Below are positions 54,445 to 64,000 of a stretch of 64,000 bases of DNA, in pieces (within the stretch, counting starts at the first letter, position 1; every line of letters begins with the position of its first letter). The DNA comes from Tubiluchus corallicola. Its lineage: Eukaryota > Animalia > Priapulida. Both the position numbers and the translations under genes were made by a program. The notes below the pieces were generated by a model. The model searched no databases, was not told where the DNA came from, and saw only the letters and a program-made list of their open reading frames with translations. The stretch spans positions 1,103,173-1,167,172 of the forward strand of contig JAQGDQ010000007.1 in NCBI GenBank assembly GCA_030141605.1, read 5' to 3'.

Positions 54445-57400
54445 ATGTCTAGAAAAGCAGGAAAGCAAGCGAAGATTATCGAAAAACGGAGGACTAGAAC
54501 TACAGACTGTCCTGAAATTTCGGATGAACTGGTAACGCTAACATTGCCATTAGAATTTACCATAACCTACATTAGCTAAGTCCTCTGGTGTACCATCATG
54601 GCCACATTTACACCACGAGTAAAGATTGATTTCGTCAAATCAAACATGGCAGTTTACAGCAGTCAGCAATGTTTAGCATTAAACAAGTAAAGTGGCCTAT
54701 CTGGGACGGGCCATTGAGTGTGGCTATTCAGGTACGAGAAATTTGGGAGTACGAGAGACTGCTGACTACCGTGTCAGGTGCAAAGTGACTTTAATGCAAG
54801 AGTACTTTATTTATGTGTGCTGTAGTATACAGTTTTACTGCCTAGTAGGCCAATACTGCGGGAATCTTCCCTTGATTACCTTATAAACTTAAAGCATCTT
54901 TAATTGTAAATTTTTTGTAAGGAGAGAATAATTATTTTTGTGAGAACAGTCATGTAATTAAAACTGGAAACAACTTCAAACCTCACTATAGCCTGCACAA
55001 AACACTGCTGTTAATATTATTATGTACTTCACATCAGGTACAGCAACTTGTTACAGTTATTGTTAGTCTTATTATTAATGATATACATTATTTGGCTCAT
55101 TAATGGTGTGGTTCTTTTCCAGTTGGCGACTATTTCTGTCATACCTAGTTATAATGCCCCCCTCCTTTGTAATACCAACCTTGCTTAGTGCCCAAATTTT
55201 CAGTAAAACAAAATGTCTTAGACATGCATGTATTAATGCACGTTGTTATAATGCCAAACTCACTATAACACAAACTATTTTGTTTCAAAATAGGTGGTAT
55301 AAAGAGGTTTGTCAGTGTAAGCAACTAAACACGTACTATTCATTGGCTTCTTCTAAAATCTAAAACACAATCACTTTATCATTATTATTATTATACTAGT
55401 TGTAATGACACTGTATTTTGATGAATTATAGTTATGAATAGATTGTGTGATGCACATTTCTGTTATTTGCTTTTTTGCAATACACAAAATACTTTTGAAA
55501 ATGCTGTCACATTTTAATAAACTGCTGATGTATTTAGATAAAATGTCTCATGCTCAAATATCCCTTGCCCAAATGTCACGTGCCTTCTAATAGTATTGGT
55601 ATTGGAACCGGTGTTGTAATGCCGGTGTCACACAGAGCTTGACATAATCCGCAAGACATAAGCCGTGTGGAGAAAAAGCTGCTTCTGAAGAGTGAACTTA
55701 TGCTAACCAATGGTCCCTGTCGTACAGATAATCCATTTACCATCTTCTGCCTACTGTGGTTTGACTGCTATAAGGCATTAGCCATAATACGTGGTAGGCT
55801 TCTTCCAAGCCATTTTGGGTGGTTTATAAAGTGCCTTTTTGCAAAATGGAATTGGCATTAATTTCATTTGCCATAAGATGTTTTTGGTTATTGCTAATGT
55901 GGTAATTACCGTATATATGTGTGTACAAGTCGATGTACATTTTAAGACCAAAAATTTTATCATTTTATATATTACCTGTGTACAAGTCGACCGTTAAATA
56001 TTAAGATCTTCCAGAGTAAATGATGTCAACAATGGCCGAGTAATAAATCAATAGCGTGCTGTGTTAGTTTGTAAGATTCGTGCGAGTGCCTGGGCCGAGT
56101 ATATTATACCTACCAGTTGTGTATATATATATATATATATATTCATGTTGAGGGCCCTCAGTGCAATCCATGATACTGCAGCCTGGCCTTTCATCGCGCA
56201 TAATTGTTTGTAATGCCTTTAACCCTAGGATATTGCGGCAGGATCCGTCGTAACATTTCAGTTGCTGATTTCTCACTTAAAACTAAAAATCCATACCTGA
56301 AACATCACAGTTTTATTCAGTAACATCTTTTGAATAGAAATATATCTCAATTTACAAATATCGATTCCGTTTATGCGTATTTACGCTAGATTTTCAACAG
56401 TCGGTATCAATTTAAATATCGTTTTTGCTCCCATGTTTACAAGTCTGACCTTATTAATTATGCATGCAGTCCTCCTTTCAAAGCAACCTTTCAATAAATT
56501 ACATTTGTTAATTTTGTGAAGTAATGTCAAGATGCGAACATTCTCTGGTGTGAAGTATCACAGTAAGAATGTTCATTCAGTCCAGCGTGTAATGGAGGAT
56601 TAATTCGTTACATATTCGTATTGTAGACGACTTTTTAGCGACATCTCCCAAAAATTCGACTTGTACATTTGTACTCGTTTTTTTTACAGTGCACAATTCA
56701 CCTATCATGAGAATTCTCTCATGTTCCATGTTTATTTTGGTCACTTCAGAATGTCACTTGGCTTGCGTGTGATTTGAGCTAATGCTTTGAGTTTGTATTG
56801 TAACATTATAAAAACTAAACTAGAAACTGTACATAGAAATGTGTGGCTGGACTGGACACAGTAGTAATATTTCAGTATTTAAATAGTTGTTCGTTACGTT
56901 CACAGTTTGACTTTCAGTAAACAAAATGGTGTGTCATTTAAGCATTTCTTGTAAACCCCCTAAATGTTATTTATTATTTTAAATTTATTTCGCACATGAT
57001 TCATGATTTATAAGCTAAGCATTATTTGCTCCTAATTTCATAAAGGGCAGTTCCTATGGAAGTTATTAAGTTATTATATTGTCATATAAACTTTTTGTAT
57101 ATTTTCCACATTGTTTGGCTTTCATTCTACTTTTTAAAGGTGACAGTTAGCTTCCACCCACAGTTTGGTAAATTTCAGTCAGACTTGTTTCAATATATTC
57201 AGGAATCAGGATGGGATCAAGTTTCTTCTATTTTGCTTTACATTTTTTGCATTTAGTAAAATGAGCAAATAACTGGATGGTGTGACCACAAGCTCATCAA
57301 ATGTCACAAAGAAGCAGTGTTGAACTTACCATAAAAAATATGACATTGTTATTATCATTTGAATTTATGTTCAAGATAGAAGTAGTACTGTTTTCATAAT

Positions 57401-60400
57401 CTTATCAGAACAATGTAAATAACTGTCTAACTGTGTAAATAAATAACAACCATAGTGTGTGAAATGAGTTTGTCAAAAGTGATACAAAAACACAATATAT
57501 ATTTTTAAAGTCCTAGGTAATATAGATTTTTACAACATGTATATTTATTTCAGGGTGCTGCCTCTTCTGGTAATCAACCTTCAGCAGTTAATAAAGCACT
57601 GCAGAAACTCAGTGGCGATGAAGCACAGCGTAAAGTAAACGAAATAGTACAGTACCTTTTAGTTGCCAGCCAGAAAAATTATCCCATAAAACGAGCAGGT
57701 AACAAACCATTACAGTAAATGTTTGAAATACATGTAGTACCCATAGGAAGTACTGACTGCAAAGTACGGAATACTAAATTGTGTAACTCTTGCCCCATTT
57801 AACAAATGCTAAAGTACGTTAAAAGTATCGTTCGTTTGACATACGCACGTACGCACACACACACACTCACACAAACACGTATATATATATATGTTTCCTT
57901 TTTAGATATCAACAAACACGTTTTGAAAGAACACAGTAAAGCATTTCCCAAGCTTATCAAGTTGGCAAAAAGGAATTTAGAATCAGTAAGTATGCATCAA
58001 TTTGCACTGAATGATATTGAATTTTTTCAATCATATAAGTTCAGCGACGTGACTTTGACCAATGTTGAATTAAAATGACACAAATGACAACGAGCCTGTT
58101 ATATTACGTGACCACAGTAATTGTGAAGTTAACATATAGTGTATTAACTATGCAGCTAAATTGGCAAAACTTGAATTACCATTTATAGAAAAAGTATTGT
58201 TTTGCATCTCAAGAAGCATGGTGCCTACAAGTGGAGAAAATTATGCTCGGGATTGAATTTTGCACAATTCTAATAAGTAATTTGTGCTTGAAGTGCAAAA
58301 TTAAATGACATTGACATTCACAGTATGTCACTATGAATTTCACAGATGTTGGATACTCAGTGAAAGTTTTTCATTATCTTAACATTAGGTACTAATCCAA
58401 CATCAAGCTTGCTATTCTCTTTTCCACGTTTTGTTCTTACTGCAAAAAATATAGCTCGTTCAATACAGTACATGCTATTTATTGGACTCACAGTTAATAG
58501 CATCAGTCACTTAAGTGACCCAAAAACACCTGGTACCGCCGGTCCTATTTAAATTTATATAAAAACTGCTGATGATAGACTCTAATAACTCTGTATAATT
58601 GACTCAATATGTCTGCTTTACGTGCTTCAACAAGACACTTTTGTGTGACCAATAAGCACATGAGTTTTATGTCATCTTAATTAGCTTTTGTGCTCTAATA
58701 TCCATAGAAACAATCACGTTAAGTACCGTTTTATTTGTAAGGAATGTTTATCATATGCTAATATGTTAGCCTAGCAGTTTTGCTTTGACCAATGCATCCA
58801 CAGCAAGTAACCTCGTTAGAAGGAAACGATTCCGACGACACAGCTTCCATCCTTTTCAACACCCTGCACTTATTGGCTTTGTCCTGGAGTAATGTAACTG
58901 AACACACTATTCAGAACTGGTTCACTCAAGCTAGATTCATTCATTCAAATAAAACTGACAATGAAATTCTTACACTGCAAGAGATAGGCTTAACTGCACC
59001 ACCTGGTATGAGCAACAAAGAGTTTGAGAGCTGGCTGAAATTGATTCAGCTATATAGGTCACCTTGCTAAATCACCATGACCAGGAAGCTACTTGCGGGG
59101 AAACACGAGCACCACCAACTGCAGCTCAAGCATGCCAAGCACTATTTTACGAGAATGAAAAAAGGAAACTTTTTTAATTTCTTTTTTATTAATTCACTAT
59201 AAATTAATATTTTTAAATTACTGCACAGGAATTTAGGCATTACTTCATTTCTGAAATTCATTAAAAACCTTTGCAGTGCATACTAAGCTGATGATTCATG
59301 CTAAATCATTCATGAGGATTCATTCACACTTCTATATTAGTAATACTACATCTGTTGGTTAATTGCGTTAAAACACTTTTGTCCCAAAGTGAACCTTTCC
59401 GGCGCATACTGTAATACCATGGCTTTGTCACAGTGTCTTGGCAGTTTCACATAGTTTTCACATTTTGTCCCAATAGTTTCATAAAAGTGCTCAAAATACA
59501 ATCAACAAAAAGCTTGTAAGTTAGTTGTATATGTAGTTGATATTATGTACATCACTATGTTACTGATATTTTATATTTGGAACTGTTTGTTTAGGCATTT
59601 GGTATAAAGCTGGTAGAATTGGAGAGCAAAAAGGCATGTTACATTCTTGTGAATGGTTTTGAAAATCAGAGGCATCTAAAGCTGAAGGAGGAGGAATATG
59701 CACGACATGGGCTCCTAATGACAGTCCTCTCATTTCTGTTTATGCAGGAGAGTCCTGTAGCAGAATGTAAGCATCATATTATTTTTTAATGAACCTAATA
59801 CAGGGTTGTTCAGAAAAAACATTTCCTCATACTAACTCTTAGCCTCTTATCCTAGTACAGGCATTTGTAAAAGAGATTCGCATCTTGTAGCCTGGATTCT
59901 CATTTTTCCAAAGGACTATAAATTTGCCTCTAAGACCCCTTACAAGCACTGCTAGGACAATTTTTGTACACCATGTCCATCTGGGGTTGACAGGCAAAAC
60001 AAGCTGTCAAATGTGCCATCTAAAATGACTGCTTTTGTCCATTATCTATACAAAAATTTTGTCAGCACCTTTTAAAGGAGCTTTTGGAGCGCAATTTACA
60101 ACTCGTAGGAAAAGGCTACATGGTGGTGTGAGTCTCTAATACAACAATTTTACCAGGTTGAAAGACTAATAGTTTTTTCTGTGCATCAAACTTTATTTTA
60201 TTTGTCCAACCTGAATGGTTTTCCTGCTTGTCGCATTAAACAAGAGTATTTGACAGGCAATTTCCCCAAGGTGCTAATTGTTTTGGCTTATTGTACATTA
60301 TGTTTTTTAGCTATTTTGTGGCAGTTTCTGAAGAAACTTGGAATAAAAGAATCTGAGTAAGTAGCTACTAGATATCATCATGTCTGGTATTAGTATACAT

Positions 60401-61936
60401 CGCCTCAAATGGGCACCAATCTGTTATTAGTAAATAACAGCAAATGAACGTGCTGGTGCACATTTAACAGGTTACACTGTTATACCAACATGAAAATTCA
60501 GTGAACTGTGATTGTAATTTAAACTATAACCTTACATAAGTTTTGAATATCCATGAAAACATCTCAACTAAAAGCAACCAACTAGGTTTTGTGTTCTACT
60601 TTATTTTTTCTCGGTGGAAACACCTGATTAAAAATTCATGTGGTTAGATAGAGAATTTCACGGGCTTTCTAATTGTGTATAATATGATGAATTTTGTTGC
60701 CATGGTAACATGCAATAATTGTAGAACTATCACATGTGAACTAGACCAGACATGGCAGCTGTGGAATTGTAAGCATGTTTTGCTAATTGTTTCTACTACA
60801 GTTTATTTAATATTAGTCTGCAGTGACTGATATTTATACATAGAATAGACAAGAATTCTACCTCAAAAACTGCAGTAAATGCTGTGCCTAAGCGAATGTT
60901 CTAAGAGCGGTAATTTGGCACCATTTCTTTGGTGCACACTATCATCGGACAGCATGCTATATGTACATATCACTTGTATACAAGTCAATGCAACTCTTTT
61001 TATACACCTAAATACTAAAGCAGCCACAGTAAGCAGCAAGCAAATGTGAAACCGAGACTCCTAATAAAAGTTCTTTTTGGGTACAAAAGAAATTTACAAA
61101 ATATATTATATGACACAAAACTTCTAATAGCATTAATTTTGGTTTTCATCTTAAATGTTCCAAATACTAAAAATGTCATTTTTGTCTTGCACGCACATCT
61201 AGCAAGAACCACCCGGTGTTTGGCGATGTTCGAAAATTAGTGACTCAGGAATTTACACGAGAGTTGTATCTAAACTTCGAAAGAATACAGGGTACTGATC
61301 CACCACAGAATGAAGTTAGCTGGGGAGAACGAGCACAGCACGAACTGAAGATGAGAGATTGCTTAAAGTTTGTTTGCAAGGTAGGCAACTAGATTTCTTA
61401 CATTTTTTATTAATTCAGTTATTAAAATGATTAGAGCACTTGAGTATCAAATTCCAGTTTTTAAATGTTTTTAAAACTACTGTGTCCCTTATCTTGTGCA
61501 AGCTTCTTTGTATCTGTAGTAATTACTTATGTGGAGCTTATTTTCTGACGAAGATTTGATGATTATTGTTTGTTGATAATAAGCTTAAATATGCTTAGCA
61601 AATATTGTATACACAATACCTAAAATATATTAACTACGTATATCTTTAGTAGACGTACAATAAATGAAGATCGTTTTTGTACCAAACATATAAACCTTTC
61701 TTGATATTACAAGTGAAATGTTGCATTTTTCATTTCTTTTGTTAGCTTATTCTTGTTGAAGGTTATAAAATTGTAACTCCATTAATTCATGAACAAGCAA
61801 GTTTTTTGCGAATTTATAGCACAAATCTCATTGTCTTGTATTTTTCTGTTTTTAGATGTATGGAGAGGGTTTTGTACCACAGAACTGGACTTCGCAATAT
61901 CAAAGGGTACTGCAATCAGAGGAAGGAGAAAATTAG
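54445..61936 (+). CDS. NSMCE3: Non-structural maintenance of chromosomes element 3 homolog (MAGE-domain protein, ~262 aa)
   Basis: Exons 54445-54531, 57554-57698, 57906-57985, 59595-59766, 60311-60356, 61203-61380, 61856-61936; phases are consistent. MAGE motifs 'KVNEIVQYLL..KNYPIKRADI', 'FGIKLVE..YILVN', 'GLLMTVL', 'LWQFLKKLGI', 'HPVFGDVRKLVTQEF..YL', 'WGERAQHE', 'PQNWTSQY'. Exon 1 is the least certain. Confidence 0.9.
58466..59411 (+). mobile_element. Tigger/pogo-type DNA transposon remnant in an NSMCE3 intron
   Basis: Ends CAGTA...TACTG flanked by TA; internal 'LHLLALSWSNVTEHTIQNWFTQARF' resembles the pogo DDE C-terminal W..V...TI.NCF.KAGF motif. Confidence 0.65.
60696..60709. promoter_or_regulatory. 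Perfect RFX X-box
   Basis: GTTGCCATGGTAAC in NSMCE3 intron 5. Confidence 0.4.
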
Positions 61937-62256
61937 ACGGCATAAAAGCATAATATGATGATCTAATTTTAGTAATTTTGGTAGTTGCTATTGTGGTCTG
62001 AATCATTATTGTTCATAATTGCTCAACTCGGTGTGACTTCAAGAAAATGTTTATGCTAGTAATAGTGTGAAGGCTTATGATAGTGTAAAGTTCAGCAGAA
62101 ATAACATAAATGATTACAAAGCATTACAAACAGCTGTAAGTGATGAGGGTTTTAATTTGAGAATAGTTTTTTTTGTACAGATACTCTATAACCATTGACT
62201 GTATTCCAAATAAACCTTTGTATACTACAAGTATTTGTTAGGTGTTATTTCAGATG

Positions 62257-63506
62257 TTAACTACGTGGCAAGTTAAACACTGCTAATGGTCCACTGCTTG
62301 TAGAACACCTGTCCAGGTATAAAGAGCATGTGTATTTGTTCAAGTCGAAGATAGCTGAAAAAAGACAGTAAAAATCTTTATCAGATCTGTTTTCAAAATT
62401 TCGAGTTTCCAGTACTTAAAATATAAAAAATTAGAAACACATTATGTATCAAGTATTTTTGAGAATAGCAACATCGTCGAGTTGGTTCTTTTAATTTAAA
62501 TAAGGGTTGAATCAGCAATTCCCAAAATCATCAACTAAGTCTGTATCTTGATCAGGAAAAGGAGGTCAGTTCGGTTTTTCTAGTGTTAAATCTAGCAGTA
62601 ATTCCCAGTCTCAGAGAAGATTTCAGCACCGTAGATAACTAGCACTTAACTGACCGCCTTGAACAGAATGGGCATGATACGATACTAATGAATTAGAATT
62701 TTTAGCATACATGGCTATATGCAAATAAATTATTGTCATAAATATATCACTTGATAAAGTAAAAGCAGAGAGTCTGGGAAACCAACTTTGGTCATTATTT
62801 AACACCTTCATTGACATGGTGAATGGAGAAATCTGGTCATTGAGAATAACACTCTGGTAACCACTTGTAAATAAAGAAGACTGTTTACTACAATGTCACA
62901 AATGTACACTAGCACAGCGCACTCTTGCATAATTGAACCCCGAGTTAAACTAGCAGATTAATGAATGCGAAGAGCCATTTCAGGTTACAAACTTACCTGT
63001 AAATAAAGTAATGCTTTTCATTGGATGAACTCTTTCTGAACGGAAAATCGGAAATTTTTCGTCGGAAGAGTCACTTAACAATTCCATAATCTCACTAATT
63101 GTTTTTATTGGAGGCGCTTTCCGAATCACTGCCTCTCTATGCTTTGATGATGCAACAAGACTTGGTACATCACAGCCTGCATTTATTCTGTGGTATCTGG
63201 AAAGTTAACACTGATTGCATTCAGTCTTTAAGTACTATGTACCACCTTTAGTACATCAACATCAATATTTTTCTGTGTTGCTGCACATTATTATCCAATC
63301 GTGATTTTAATCATTTGTAACGAATCAGTTGAATGAATAATATATTTAATGCATACATGTTGACATGGTATCTTGTTGGTACTGTCATGCAGTGATCTTT
63401 TTCTTTCATCACACAGACGTCTAATCTTGAGGCTGTTTCATCATACTGCGGATATGCAACTTCGTAGTTAGATATCATTTTTTCTGAAGGTTGCATTAAA
63501 TTTACG
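62257..63506 (-). CDS. Peptidase C45 / Ntn-hydrolase, tan-like (beta-alanyl-dopamine/carcinine hydrolase family); last three exons, gene probably continues beyond the window
   Basis: Exons 63506-63357, 63196-62997, 62354-62257 give '..VNLMQP..NYEVA..YHVNIYHRI..SSKHRE..PPIKT..LLSDSSDEKFPIFR..TLFTAIFDLNKYTCSLY..PLAVFNLPRS*', matching the recalled C-terminal pattern of Tan/C45 proteins. Confidence 0.75.
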
Positions 63507-64000
63507 CTACAAGCAAAAAAATCGCATGCTGTCAGACACTATATCACACCATGCCAATTTTAACAAAATTCTACAGCGCTTGCAATACTGTTTTAAGTTT
63601 GGCAGGTTTTCTTATTAAGCTGGCATATTGTAAAGATACCTGATTCAGTTTGGTAACATTAATTTTTCAACATTGTATGTGAGTGAGCAGTAAATGTCAC
63701 AAACTTAAAATAAGGAAAAGATTACATGTATGAAGACTATGACAAGGAACAAGACTGAAGCTATTCAGTATGAAAGTGTTGAGCAGCTCTGAATTGTATT
63801 ATGATTATTAATAAACAAAAACTGGCGAGCAAAGCTCACTTTTACAATGTTGCTCGGTTTGCTTGCATCCTCACTTCTCTTTATCTCTCTCTTTGCAGGC
63901 AGTCTGCAGAAAATTTTAAAATGAGGCTTTTTTGCGTTAAATTTATCTTTAAATTTATTTTAGGCAGAGCGGCATGACACCTTTCTCTTGATTATTGTGT

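Overview
AT-rich, intron-containing genomic DNA from an animal (probably an invertebrate; the species cannot be determined from sequence alone). It is not prokaryotic. In order: (1) the 3' ~11 exons of a GDNF-receptor-alpha-like (Gfrl-type) GPI-anchored protein, with an intronless antisense IQCG/DRC9 gene nested in one intron behind an RFX X-box-like and a forkhead motif; (2) a nested transposon stack: an old LINE split by a hAT-type MITE (8-bp TSD), which itself carries an RT-deleted LOA/R1-group LINE (13-bp TSD) and an RTE 3' fragment; (3) the most interesting part, a ~30-kb cluster (22.4-51.8 kb) of five secreted orphan genes, each with a tiny signal-peptide first exon and a Cys-free mature protein. 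Three are paralogs sharing an unrecognised ~170-aa 'YYDIP...LPxR' domain and a conserved phase-2 intron; two are Tyr/Arg/Thr block-repeat proteins. Together they suggest an extracellular structural or adhesive matrix locus; (4) a 7-exon NSMCE3/MAGE gene and, convergent with it, the last three exons of a peptidase C45 (tan-like) gene. All exon models were built by hand from GT-AG sites and reading-frame phase; no database search was run.
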